Translations under genes and position numbers: made by a program
Shown here: positions 1-14,027 of the stretch, piece after piece
Numbering within the stretch: the first letter of the stretch is position 1
Layout of the letters: each line of letters begins with the position of its first letter
NCBI GenBank assembly: GCA_964016885.1
Contig: OZ024745.1
Coordinates: forward strand, 129,518,001-129,582,000
From: Eledone cirrhosa
Lineage: Eukaryota
Reading direction: 5' to 3'
DNA length: 64,000 nt
The notes under the pieces: generated by a model
Database searches by the model: none
Told to the model about the DNA's origin: nothing
The model's input: only the letters and a program-made list of their open reading frames with translations

Positions 1-160
1 TAGAGGAACGTAGGAAAGAGCGTAAACATAAGAATAATACCTCATATATATATATATATATATATATGAATGTATATTTGGCAATACACTGTGTGCTTAA
101 TTAAAAACATTTTGAAGACCTTACGCTATTGTTTTGAAGTAGTGACTATGTCAGTTACTT

Positions 161-312
161 CAGGAATCTGGCCCAGATTCCTGATGATTTCTAAAGAATG
201 AAACAGTTCTAGTCCTGTAGAATCTCATCTATATTAAAACTTTTATACTCTGCTATGTATTGAGTACCTTACTTACTGTGGTTACTTTCGATTCAACCCG
301 GAATAACTTCCT
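161..312 (+). mobile_element. HHR-bearing PLE-derived small element, family A, copy 1
   Basis: Short palindrome CAGGAATCTG-gcc-CAGATTCCTG, then the HHR, then a tail ending ATTCAACCCGGAATAACTT that runs into (TA)n. Near-identical sequence occurs at 21293-21490 and 28831-29015. Confidence 0.75.
175..225 (+). ncRNA. Type I hammerhead ribozyme motif (family A)
   Basis: AGATTC-CTGATGA-tTTC taaa GAAt-GAAA-CAG ttctagtc CTG-TA-GAATCT: stem I, core, short stem II, GAAA, stem III and a GUA cleavage triplet. Confidence 0.75.
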
Positions 313-773
313 ATATATATATATATATATATATATGTTCATGGTGGCAACGATGATGATGATAATGACGATGACGAAGTTGGAGATGATTTCAAAGGCG
401 TGAACATGTTTATTCTATATTATACAGACTAGTAGAAAGAAAAAAGAATCAGAAATTGTATTAAAATGAAATAGAATAGGTTTATTTAAATATTCTGTGT
501 GTTTGAATCTAAGAAAAATAACCTTAAAAATAATCCCAAAATGCGAAAATTATGTAAACAAGTATAATATAATAGAAAATTATGAGCAAGTATATATAAC
601 ATATTCATTTAACTGGTTAATCTCTCTCCGTTTAATTATAATAAGTTCCGCATATAATCAACTAAAAGCTTATTATGTAATGGGAAATGATATACACACC
701 TACGTTAGATACGTGCTTATGCACACATTTAAATCAACTTTAATGTACACACATTCACTCATATTAATGTCAC

Positions 774-808
<35 letters not shown>

Positions 809-904
809 GTTTCTCTCACTGTATCTCCCCCCTCTCTCTCTCCCATATATACGTATGTATATATGTATGAATATATGCCTATATATATATATCCATATAT
901 ATGC

Positions 905-975
<71 letters not shown>

Positions 976-1486
976 CACACATATGCACACATAGACACAT
1001 ACACACACACGCATATATTTATATATATATATACGCATACTTGAATATTCAATGAATCTTCAGATATGTGTGCTTATATAACTTTTTATATGCATATTAC
1101 ATATGTGAATTGCCGACAAATATAATTCCACTTGTAAAGCAGGGCATTATGTGACAGGGCAACCAGGAAACGTCTTCTTAAATACTCAACATGCATTAAT
1201 TTAAATGAATTGCAATTAAAATTCCATCTTTCTAAACATACAACCCCCTCTAGCGATAAAAATGTAAAACGAGCTTAGTTTGAACATTTATATCTGCTTA
1301 TACGTATGTTTGTATGTATGTATGTGTGTGTGTGTAAGTATGTGTGTGTGTGTGTATGTATGTGTGTTTGTATGTATGTATGTGTGTATGTATGTGTTTA
1401 TGTAAGTATGTATGTGTGCGTATGTATGTATGTCAGTATATTCGTACATGTGTACTTATTTATGTACGAATATATCTCATTCTCTC

Positions 1487-1565
<79 letters not shown>

Positions 1566-1569
<4 letters not shown>

Positions 1570-1856
1570 AGGGAGAAAGAGACGATTATTAGGAAGAAAC
1601 ATTTTTTTTTTTTCTTTTTTGTTTCTCTCTCTCTTTTTTCTGGGTTAGAAAATGATTAAAACGAAATGTTTTACTTTGTGTGAAGTGTTAAGGTATTAGT
1701 TGACTAAATAATAAATAAATCAACTAATACCTTAACACTTCACACAAAGTAAAACATTTCGTTTTAATCATTTTCTAACCCAGAAAAAAGAGAGAGAGAA
1801 ACAAAAAAGAAAAAAAAAAATTTTTCTTCCTAATAATCGTCTCTTTCTCCCTGTTT
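1566..1856. repeat. Near-perfect inverted repeat (~138-bp arms, 16-nt loop) between two (TA)n tracts
   Basis: 1566-1703 is the reverse complement of 1720-1856 with very few differences. Confidence 0.9.
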
Positions 1857-1904
1857 ATATATATATATATATATATCCTAACTCGTGTGCTTCCTCTCCA
1901 CATT

Positions 1905-1973
<69 letters not shown>

Positions 1974-1988
1974 GGGCAAAACTAACAG

Positions 1989-2028
<40 letters not shown>

Positions 2029-2229
2029 GTTAGATTCTCAAATATGTAAAGATTCAACCAAGTTGGATTATCTGATTAATTATTAGATGCAAACTCCCCC
2101 AAATCTAGAAGCAACACACAAAGCTAAACATTTTAATCTGACCAGAATGTTTGGCCAATATAAACAATGTATGATTTTGTAAAATCTATTCTTCAAGTCC
2201 AACTATTGAAAATTAGTTAAGTTACGGTA

Positions 2230-2530
2230 TTATCAGACCTCAGCAAAGCACATTTGGAACTGTTGGAGTTATTAGGTGTCATTGACAGAAATATAGACGA
2301 ATTAGCCTCACTGATTATGGTTATCAATATTATGCTCAAGCGGAATTATACTTCAGCTGAATGTTCTGCATACATACAAATAAGTTATTCTCACATCCAC
2401 AATTGAATGGCTTGATAATGTCAACTGGACTTGACTTTTGCTCTTTAAACTCTGCTGTTGGTGATCGAACTTTGTGGAGAAAAATATTTCGTGTTGATGC
2501 GCAACTTCGTCGTCGCCATTATCATCATCA
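2230..2530 (+). mobile_element. Highly decayed LINE 3' end (RTE-X-like)
   Basis: Residual SAVGDRTLWRKI motif followed by a short (CAT)n-like tail. Weak evidence. Confidence 0.3.
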
Positions 2531-3479
2531 CCGTCTAGAACTAGAATTTAAAATAACTGTGATAATATACATCAGTAGACACAAATATCCCCGAACCGTG
2601 TTTGAAATTTAGAATAAAAATATAACAAGCGAAGGAGATATATACATATATTTGGTCCGGCTGTTGCGTGTGCAAGTTTGTGAGGAGGGGTCGGGCAGTC
2701 TTTGTCCCCCCCCCCCAATAACTTAGAAGTTCAACAAAAAGTAATCGATAATATAATTACCAGACCTTTAAAAATGATTACTAGAGAATTTATGATCAAC
2801 GAAACCTTTGAAGGTGTTACATTATTCTGGATACAGCTCAATGACTGAAACCAGTAAGACATATATAATAAAATTATAGTTATAGACACATCAAGTTAGA
2901 TCTGCTCCAATGATGGCGTAGCAGGAAAGCTACTCGCTGTGCTAATAAACTTTCACTATATTTCATTTCAGAAGGAGGATTAAACATTTAAATAATAATC
3001 CACATCACTGAATAGTGATCCAGTTATTCACACGCTAATTTCTGTTGGACTCTTTTGAAGAATTTTAGTAGAATGGCATAACATACGATATTAGACAACT
3101 GCAGAAGATATCAACTGCAAATTTCTAGGTTTCATTTACACAAGACATATAAGCCCTATAATTTAGAGGAAATATGATACATGATATTGTGCTTTGAATT
3201 CATTTTACAAAAACATTTGCTGTGAATGGTAAAGGAATTAATTTTGACCTAAAATAGAAACTAGTTCGTAATCTAGACATACCCGGATCTTAGCCATTCC
3301 TAAACTCCACTTTTATCGTACGATTAATATAAAAATACAATACTAAACTTGAAACGTGTTCCCAAAGTCGGTATATCGTAGAATGTATAAATGTGTTTAG
3401 CCATTTAGTTTCAGCAATGTCTTTGCTTTCTTCTCAATTTTTGTATTTTTCATTTCTAAGGCTGAAGAATATATATATA

Positions 3480-4428
3480 TACAAATGTATCTACGAACAT
3501 AAACACATATACATACGCATGTATATATAAACATAAACACATATACATACACATGTATATACGAATATAAACACATATACATACACATGTATATACGAAC
3601 ATAAACACATATACTTACACATGTATATACGAACATAAACACATATACATACACATGTATATACGAACATAAACACATATACATACAAATGTATATACGA
3701 ACATAAACACATATATATACAGATGTATATACGGACATGAACACATGTTTATACGAACATAAACACATATACATACACATGTATATACGAACATAAACAC
3801 ATATACATACACATGTATATACGAACATAAACACATATACTTACACATGTATATACGAACATAAACACATATACATACACATGTATATACGAACATAAAC
3901 ACATATACATACACATGTATATACGAACATAAACACATATACATACACATGTATATACTAACATAAACACATATACATACACATGTATATACGAACATAA
4001 ACACATATACATACACATGTATATACGAACATAAACACATATACATACAAATGTATATACGAACATAAACACATATACATACACATGTATATACGAACAT
4101 AAACACACATAAATACACATGTATATACGAACATAAACACATATACATACACATGTATATACGAACATAAACACACATAAATACACATGTATATACGAAC
4201 ATAAACACATATACATACACATGTAAATACGAACATAAACACATATACATACACATGTATATACGAACATAAACACATATACATACACATGTATATACGA
4301 ACATAAACACATATACATACACATGTATATACGAACATAAATACATATACATACACATGTATATACGAACATAAACACATATACATACACATGTATATAC
4401 GAACATAAACACATATACATACATGTAT
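3480..4428. repeat. 34-bp tandem minisatellite, ~27 copies
   Basis: Unit GTATATACGAACATAAACACATATACATACACAT repeated with few variants. Confidence 0.95.
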
Positions 4429-4683
4429 ATTTACAGGCACATGAATACAGTCGCATGAAATGCATACGCGTACACAAGGAAATATATTTAACCTCTCACA
4501 TAGGTCTTATGCGTGCACACAGAAAAATTACGTGTTTATACACACAGATAAAGACGTGTGTAAGGACATATACTCTCTGTAAGTATCTTTCTCTACCTCT
4601 CACGTATACACAAAAACATATAAAACACATGCATTTGCACATAAACGCATATATATATCTATATATATATATCTATCTATATA

Positions 4684-4736
<53 letters not shown>

Positions 4737-4910
4737 AGAAACACGCGTTCATTTACACATATACACACTGTAATGAATAAATAAAGAGAGGTGATGTTCT
4801 AATATTGGGGCAGGAAATAAGAGATGGAAGGAAAAAAAGGACAGTTGATGGGGTTTTGGTGGTGATGTAATGTTAAAAAATACCTGTTGACATTTTATTG
4901 ATGATGATAT

Positions 4911-5158
4911 TATGGGCTTATGAATACAGAATGACTTAGCCGACTGTGATGATGGTTAGGGTTTAGAAGATATGGTAAGAGGAAGTAAAGAAGGGGATAT
5001 GGGCTTATGAATGCAGAATGACCTAGCCCTTTGTGGTGGTGGAGGTTAGGGTTTAGAAGATATGGTAAGAGGGAGTATAGAAGGGGATATGGGCTTATGA
5101 ATGCAGAATGACCTAGTCATCTGTGGTGATGGTAAGGGCAAGTATAGAAGGGGATATA
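4911..5158. repeat. ~88-bp tandem repeat, ~3 copies
   Basis: TATGGGCTTATGAAT(G/A)CAGAATGAC recurs at 4911, 4998 and 5088. Confidence 0.85.
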
Positions 5159-6184
5159 TTTTAGGAATCAGGGGTTTCGGTCTTGTACGGTGGAGTGACA
5201 AAAACGTTACAGATCAGGACATAATAAAGTCCTTTAAATTCCAAGTCCCAAACACAATCATATTCAAATTTATTATATTTTCCCCACTCTAGGTCAATGA
5301 AATGATACAAGTACTTACATTTATATATGTATATCTAGCATGTTTTTTTTAAAAGCTAGGAAACATTATAATTCGAAAGAGTTGCAATAAACATCGTTAC
5401 TACATTCTCCAACACTGTTAACACACCATCTCCAACACCATTCCATCCATGAAAAACATATCTCGCATAGCATTTTACTTTGTACATGATCTTAATGGTT
5501 ATTGCACCACTATCTCTGAAACTACGGTGAAGAATAAGCTGCAGATTAAGCAGGAAAATGTCTAGAGTTGTTTCTCGTATTTGCCAGTAAAAATAATAAC
5601 ATTAGTCACTGAAAATTACCGTTAGATTCCTTACCTCATATGATATTTCTAATTAGATTTTTTTAATGCCTCGTGCATTAAATAATTTGACATTAAGGTT
5701 AACCTAAAAAATATATATGCACAACCGAATCTATGTAATTGATATCGACAAACTGATGATAATACGAGGATCAACCTAAATCTCAAAACCGCAATACCAT
5801 AAACGTGTCAATAACATTAAATCACAATAACAGATAAAGTAATTAAACCTCCTCATGAAAAAATAAAGCAAAAAAGACAATTGACATTAGCAAAATATAC
5901 AGCAAAGCCATTAGTAACATTGACACATCTAACGACGGGCAAACCATATCACGCGTCATAACAACTTTAAATAACAAATTTAAAAACAAACTGTGAGCAA
6001 ACATAATCTAACATTTTCTTAACAACAGCCGACGTCTCTCCACATGCCCTGCGCGCACATATACACATACAGACAGACACACACACACGCATATACACTC
6101 GCACACACACATACACACGTACACATACAAACACAAACACAAACTTGTAAATAGGAAAACGCTGAAATACAAATAGCAACATTC

Positions 6185-6400
6185 ATAACGTCGTGGTTTC
6201 TATTCCTTGACTGTGTTACGTGTTGTATTCTTGAGCAAGACACTTCATTTCCCATTTCTCCAGTATACTCAGCTGAAAATGAGTACCGGCAATAGTTACG
6301 GTTTAACGCAACGATCGACTGTCGTCCTGTCCAAAGTGTGGAGTTGTGTACTCTCAGTTGCTTCACGCCGCAAAACAGACATCATCCTGACGAAAATTAG
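6185..6400 (+). mobile_element. SINE family S2 (tRNA-type head; CORE-like and Nin/Deu-like body), degraded
   Basis: CTTGAGCAAGACACTTCATTT...CTCAGCTGAAAATGAGTACC...GTCCTGTCCA matches the copies at 54625-54890 and 56762-57030. Confidence 0.7.
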
Positions 6401-6598
6401 TTCAGTTCGAAATTCGCATTGACGATTATCCCCCTTGCTTCTGCTGGACACCACCAGGTGGTGATAGCCGCTGGTGTTTTTGTACAGCTATGGTTTCTTA
6501 AATGTTTATTTATAAACATACCGTATTTCTTTACAAATACGAAATTCCAATACATATCTGTATACAGCTATGCTTCAAGAAATTTTAATTCTCTCTCA

Positions 6599-6669
<71 letters not shown>

Positions 6670-6671
<2 letters not shown>

Positions 6672-7397
6672 AATAACCAAAGAGTGCTTAGAAATACATT
6701 GTTTTATTAACTAACAGTGTTTCATCCATACACCATGGCAGGAATCATCAGAGCCTATAAACAATAGTATATCAGTAGTTGCATGCTCCATCGAGCTGCG
6801 TCACCAGAAGAAGGTTAAAGGACCAGCAGGGGGATTCCGAGGCCAGAGCCATATGGAAAAAGACAGAATACATGATGCATATAATGTCATAAAATGTCTT
6901 AAAAATTTAAAAATTACACCAAAAATTCATCACTTAAATGGTGAAATAGATGATAAAGAGGTTTGGAGAGGGTAGCAAGGGATGAGTTAGGGTATTACTC
7001 AGCATGATCAGAAACAATAAGAAAATAATAAAAAAATATATAATAAAAAAGTACAAAAATACAAGGATAAGAAAAGAGATAAATATAAAAATACAAAATA
7101 ATAAAGGAACAAAAAAGGAACAAAAAGCCCGAAAACCCCCACAAATATAAGACAAAGCAAAGCATAGATACATCAAAGCACAGGCAGTGCAAAAACAGGG
7201 TGTACAAGCAGATTACGAGAGTTTGCAAGCATGAGTCTGAAAAGAATAGTTGGTTAGCAGTGGTGCAGCCTTACATGTATGATAGTCCATATGAGGGATG
7301 GTGTACTCCAATTATAACGCCCTGTAACTGGTCGATTCTCCTTATCATATCCGCACCCTACGAACCACATCGATATGTACCAGGGTCCAGGTTTGTT
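6670..7397 (-). mobile_element. PLE-like 3' fragment between (TA)n tracts, carrying an HHR
   Basis: Bounded by TA tracts. HHR motif near its minus-strand 3' end, followed by AATAAA. Confidence 0.5.
6709..6755 (-). ncRNA. Type I hammerhead ribozyme motif
   Basis: Minus strand GGCT-CTGATGA-tTCC...GGAt-GAAA-C act G-TT-AGTT, with G-U pairs in stem I. Related to the motif at 36872-36920. Confidence 0.55.
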
Positions 7398-7831
7398 ATA
7401 TATATATATATGTATATGATTATGTCATTTATTTTGTCTGACCTGTTTAGCTTGACTTGCTTTTTGGCTTAGGTGGTTAATGGCTTCTTGACCGCCTTCT
7501 CAGTTTGTATGGCCTTTATAACCTATGTTTATTGCTCTGGTCTTGTTTCGCCCATGGAGCACTTGCCAGCATGAATCGGAATTTGCGTTACGTTTCGCTT
7601 TTACTACCCGCCTAAATGCGAATCTCGCTGAATTTATACTTGTATATATATATATATATATATATATCATTTTGATATATCTTAATGCACACTTATGTGT
7701 GTATGGGTATATTTCATTCACTTTCTTATAATGATTAAGGCCGATTTTATTCTCTGAATTCTATCTTGAGCTATTTTTTGAGACAAGACATGTTTGATTT
7801 TGTATCATTCATGACATCCTTTATTTTGAAT

Positions 7832-7864
<33 letters not shown>

Positions 7865-7887
7865 TATATACACACACCCACACACAT

Positions 7888-7937
<50 letters not shown>

Positions 7938-8628
7938 GTGTGTGAGAGAGAGGGTATGTGTGAGTGCGTGTTTGTGTGGGTGTGTGTTTTATAGTGTAGC
8001 TTTACCACATGGGTGATCAACTTTTCAAGCTTGCGCCTTTATACTAGAAGAATCTGTTGGGAACGAGGGAAGTCTACAACTCTGTTATGCTCTTAATACA
8101 TTTTGTTATATAACACTTTCAATCTGCATATATTTTGTGATCATCTATATTGAGATAGATATAAGTATGTGTGCAACGTACATGTAACATACTAAGCAAT
8201 CTTATGCTAAAGATAATGCTAACGTCTTAATCTTAATAAAAACTATTTTTTTTACATGAACTCTACCATGTTTCTCATATACGTGTCTCTCCATTCAAAT
8301 TGTCTATGCTCCTTTTTCCAATTGGAAATTCTCTCAGCCCTATTAACCTGGTAACAAACTGCGGCTCCTTTTTCAGCAGGTAGGACTGAAACAACATTTG
8401 ATATATCACCATTAAATTAACGTAGCATTGCCCCCTAATGTCTTGAAGGAGGAACACGTTAAATAATTTCGACAAAAGAACGGGACATTTTTATGGCAAT
8501 CCTTTGGTCATATGTATGCCCAGTGAAGAATGACCTAGGGCTAAACAAAATCACAAAAACAACACAAATCACAAATTTTGTTTCTTACCTATTTTATATA
8601 GCCTAATTCTGTTCTCCAAACTATATTA

Positions 8629-8800
8629 GATTGGCAGTATCGGTAGAGGGTCGGGTGCCATGCTTTGCAAAATAGGGTTACGGCTCTTTATGATCTGAGT
8701 TCAAATCCCGCAGAGGTTAACTTTGACTTTCATCCTTTCGGCGTCGATAAAATAAAGCTGGTCCAACTCTGGTCCAACTCTGCAATTTCTCTTCCTCCCA
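8629..8800 (+). mobile_element. SINE family S1 (tRNA-derived, MESC/Meta-domain-like)
   Basis: A box TGGCAGTATCGG, B box GAGTTCAAATCCC, and conserved body GACTTTCATCCTTTCGGCGTCGATAAAATAAAG. Confidence 0.85.
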
Positions 8801-8845
8801 TAGTCCATTTTGTTTCTCTCCACACCAGGGATAATGCTAACCAAA

Positions 8846-9125
8846 ACACAAACCTTCCATAATTCATACTTAATTCTCTTGCTATTGGATGTAGTTTCTA
8901 CTACCCTACTAAGACAATTAATAAAAAATGGTGAAGTAAGATTTAAAGTAAATGTTTGCAATGACAAAACGAAACAACTAACAACACAGACTTTCCATAA
9001 CTCACACTTAAGTCTCTTGCTATTGGATGAGGTTTCTACTGCCCTACTAAGACAATTAAAAAAAATTAGTAAAGTAAGATTTAAAATAAATGTTTGCAAT
9101 GACAAAACGAAACAACTAACAACAG
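8846..9125. repeat. 138-bp tandem duplication
   Basis: TTCCATAA...CTCTTGCTATTGGAT...GACAAAACGAAACAACTAACAACA starts at 8855 and again at 8993. Confidence 0.9.
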
Positions 9126-9554
9126 AGCAGACCACATCGAATGATTTAACTCAGCAAGTACAGTATAGTAAAACAATACTACAATAAATAATAATAGCTC
9201 ATTTCCATACATCCAACCATCATATTTCATGAATAATGACCCCACTTCACCCCCCCCCCCCCCAAAAAAAAAAACAACAACAACACCGCAGCAACAACAG
9301 AGAGTAACAGCAACATAAATAATATCAACTGAAATAATACGAGAACAGCGATATGTAATGATTACATGGAAAGGTCGCCGTAGGTAGATGTTTTCTTAAC
9401 TAAATTAATTAGCATTTACAGAGATATGGAACTTTATCTTATGTTATGTTCGTCATTTTTTTCCTTCGTTTCTATTTTAGCTTTACTTTTATATTTTATT
9501 GTTTCTCCCCCTCTCTTTCTCTCTCTCTCGCTCGCTTATTCTATTTATCTTTCA

Positions 9555-10545
<991 letters not shown>

Positions 10546-11111
10546 ATATTTATACACACATACATATATACATACATACATACTCTTTTTGCAGTTATTC
10601 TCTCCCAGAATATGTCACTCAATTATCTTTCTTTTTAAATTAAAACTCACACCAAGACACATACCAAACACGCTATCAAGTACGCATGTAAGAAGGCAGG
10701 GGGCACATGTGCATGCAAATACACACAAATTAGTTTTTAGAAGACGAAAGGTTTTGATTTTCTCTGTTCCAGTGTTCAGATGTTTATGAAAAGTGGAATA
10801 TAAAAACGGTATATGTTAGATATATAGTAGTATTGCTTAAACGTAATATGTGTGTTAACACAAAAACACACACGCGCATACACACACACACACATGCATA
10901 TACACACATCCCTAAACACATATGCCCCTTAACGCCTGATGGAGTCGTAGGGGTGCCACATTGACATACGGCGTTTCTCGGCTCTTTTATAAAATCTGTC
11001 GAAGCACATCTCATCTCCAGGTCTGAACACATTAGATTTCTTTCAGAGAAGGATGTAGAACGAGAGAAAGAAAGTGAGAAAAAATAGAGGAAGAATCAAC
11101 TCCACTTTTTT

Positions 11112-11246
11112 TATTGAACCCGAATGGATGAAAGATAAGGTCGACCTTGGTGGGATATGAACTCAGAGAATACAATAGCGCAAAAGATTATATCCGACGT
11201 TTCAGATTATATCCGACGTTCTAACGACTCTGACAATTCGCCGCCT
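11112..11246 (-). mobile_element. SINE S1-related, degraded
   Basis: GGATGAAAGATAAGGTCGACCTTGGTGGGATATGAACTCAG is the reverse complement of the S1 body and B box. Confidence 0.65.
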
Positions 11247-11298
11247 AACACACACACACGCACACACTCGCACACACAAACACAGACAGACAGACACA

Positions 11299-11400
<102 letters not shown>

Positions 11401-11403
11401 CTC

Positions 11404-11586
11404 CAGTGAAATTTATTATAACGAAATTCACATGATACAAAAAATTAGTTGTAACGAAAAATTCTTTATAACGAAATCGACCGAAACAAATCGAGCGTTT
11501 GTTCGTTATTACCTCGGGGATTAAAATCATTTCGTTATAATGAAAAATTCGTTATAATGGTATTCGTCATAACGGATTTTTACCTG
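11404..11586. mobile_element. Tigger/pogo-like MITE
   Basis: CAG...CTG termini, TA at the right end, and TTATAACGAA / TTCGTTATAA subterminal repeats in inverted orientation. Confidence 0.6.
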
Positions 11587-11861
11587 TATATATATATATA
11601 TACATCGTAATTTGGCGCCAAGAACAATAAACAGTATGTTGTGAGCCACACGAGTCGTATAGACACACCATGAACACATACTGTCTGAACTATGAGTCAA
11701 AGGGTTTAGTTTTGGATCCAGCTTCTGAAAGACGATGTATGATGAACAGCATATAATATCATTGATAAAGTTAAGTTAGATGATATAAACATAGATAGAG
11801 ACATAACGATAGACCTGGATACATACGTACATAGAAACATGCGTAGACCCTCCTCTCCACA

Positions 11862-11990
11862 CACAGCTAGATCCTAACTGTTCGGATCTAGCTGTCGAAA
11901 CGGCCGGAGCTCAGCCGTCGGGGTTCTGACTCTTTTCCTATTCTGGTGCGCTATGGTCCACCTGGCATCTTACCACACCCTCTTTGTTAC
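11862..11990 (+). mobile_element. Family C element with a 3' half hammerhead
   Basis: ACAGCTAGATCC...GGATCTAGCTGT-C-GAAA-CGGC...GCCG-TC-GGG, with the CUGANGA strand absent. Related pieces at 20290-20395, 20475-20550, 38012-38190 and 55160-55190. Confidence 0.6.
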
Positions 11991-12015
11991 ATATATATAA
12001 CATATATTTATATAC

Positions 12016-12116
<101 letters not shown>

Positions 12117-12159
12117 ATCGCTCTATCTGTCTATCTCTCTCTTTTTAAATATATTTAGC

Positions 12160-12378
12160 GAGGGTAAAACAAAGTACATATCAAACAACTTCAAAGCAAT
12201 CATTGGCAGGGATATCAAACAAGTCGAGGATTTGAAGTATCTTGGGTCCTGGATCATGGACTCTGGTAAGGAGTTTGCCACCAGAAAGGCCCAAGCATGG
12301 TCAGCTTCCAACAAGATGGATCGAGTTTGTCGCTCAAAATTTTCCAACCACATCAAAATCAGATTTTACCAAGTAACA
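12160..12378 (+). mobile_element. LINE RT-thumb fragment (RTE-X-like)
   Basis: Translates as KTKY...[14 protein letters not shown]...[15 protein letters not shown]...KIRFYQ, a typical non-LTR thumb region. Confidence 0.75.
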
Positions 12379-12380
12379 AT

Positions 12381-12864
12381 ACTCAGATTACATTTATTGT
12401 ATTCAGCCATATAGAGCCATAGACTGTTTGTAAATTATTTGAATATGGCAAATCCGGTCTTTCATCGCTTGTATACAGAATTACTGGCCTATCTGCTGAT
12501 ATGCAAATCTGGCTGATCAGTGGATCTGCCAATATGCAGATATGACTGATCAGGCAGTCTGCTAATATGCTAATCAGGCGGATCAGTCACTGTATATTTT
12601 AGAAAATATATATTTTCACTAGCTCTGACAATTGGCAGGTAGACAGTATACTACACTGATGAAGGGTAATCACTCAGAAACATTAGTGTCTGCAGTTCTG
12701 TTTACATGCCAATACAAGAGCAAGAATGACGGGGTCATTTTACTGACATGGCATAAAAAGCGTGTGTTTGCATTATTGCAAAAGAATCGAATATTATTAT
12801 TAATATACGAAAAACTCAGTTTACATTTATTGTATTCAGCCATGTAGAGCGAGAGACTATTTGT
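12381..12864 (+). mobile_element. Neptune-type PLE pseudo-LTR (~433-bp unit plus a 50-bp terminal repeat) with HHR
   Basis: Direct repeat at 12381-12430 and 12814-12864. HHR CTGATGA-AGGGT aatc ACTCA-GAAA-CATTAGTG-TC at 12650-12698. Diverged homologue of the minus-strand pLTRs at 12910-13525. Confidence 0.8.
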
Positions 12865-12895
<31 letters not shown>

Positions 12896-13025
12896 AATGT
12901 ATTCAGGTCTATCGTTATTAATAATAACATTCGATTCGTTTGCAATTATGCAAACAATCCTCAATTTTATAGCCATGTCAGTAGAATGAACACTTCATTC
13001 TTGCTCTTGTGTTGGCATGCGAACA

Positions 13026-13075
13026 GAACTGCAGACACTAATGTTTCTGGGTATCACCCTTCATCAGTACAGTTC
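13026..13075 (-). ncRNA. Type I hammerhead ribozyme (pLTR)
   Basis: Minus strand GAACTGTA-CTGATGA-aGGGT gat ACCCa-GAAA-CATTAGTG-TC-TGCAGTTC: 8-bp stem I and a GUC site. A second copy at 13460-13509 has a CTGATGG variant core. Confidence 0.88.
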
Positions 13076-13575
13076 ACTGTTCACCTGCCAAACTGTCAAA
13101 GCTAGTGAAAATATATGCTATTTTCAAAATACACAGTGACCGACTGGCCTGATATGCATATTAGCAGACTGGCTGATCAGTCAGATCTGCATATTAGGAG
13201 ATCCGCTGATCAGCCAGATTTGCATATCAGCAGACTGGCCAGTCAGTTTCCTGTATACGAGCGATAAATGGCCAAATTTGCCAAATTCAAATAAAAAAGA
13301 AAACTTAGCTCTACATGGCTGAATACAATAAATGTAATCTGAGTTTTTCGAATATTAATAACATTCGATTCGTTTGCAATTATGCAAACAAGCCTCAATT
13401 TTATAGCCATGTCAGTAGAATGAACACTTCATTCTTGTTGTTGTGTTAACATGCAAACAGAACTGCAGACACTAATGTTTCTAGGTATCACCTTCCATCA
13501 GTACAGCTCACTGTTCACCTGCCAGTCACTGTGTACTTTTGAAAATAGCATATATTTTCACTAGCTCTGACAGTT

Positions 13576-14027
13576 TATAGAAGATGGAAGTAGAAAGGCT
13601 GTGGTGAGAGTCATCGATAGATAGAGAGATATCAAGAAAAGGGACAGAAGAATCGGAGACAGAGGTGGTGAAGGTCAGACAGGAAGATTGAACAAAAGAA
13701 AGAAAGCAGTCGAGCTGTTTTCGTGATAGAGAGGTGGCGCCGATATAGTCGTCGATATAACGACCGTATAGCTCAGGAGTAGGTCCAGTGTACTGGGAGA
13801 AGATCTGAGGTTCGACGTCGCCACCAAACAAGTTGGCATAGTTTGGTCCCATTCTGATTCCCATCACTACCCCAGAGACCTGCTGATAGAATTCACCGGA
13901 AAATGAAACCCATTGATGGTCAAAACAAGCTCAGCCAGCCGGAGAAGAGTCGTAGTGCTGGAGTAAGGGGTAGGGCGTAAGTCTAAAAAGTGTCGGAGAG
14001 CGCAGAGGCCGTCATCATGAGGGATGA

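Noticed and set aside
3480-4428. 34-bp repeat array as a CRISPR
   Set aside because: Units are contiguous with no unique spacers, there are no cas genes, and the context is eukaryotic.
7410-7640. Possible degenerate hammerheads in a TA-bounded island (also 44120-44180)
   Set aside because: CGAAA motifs are present on the minus strand but there is no recognisable CUGANGA core.
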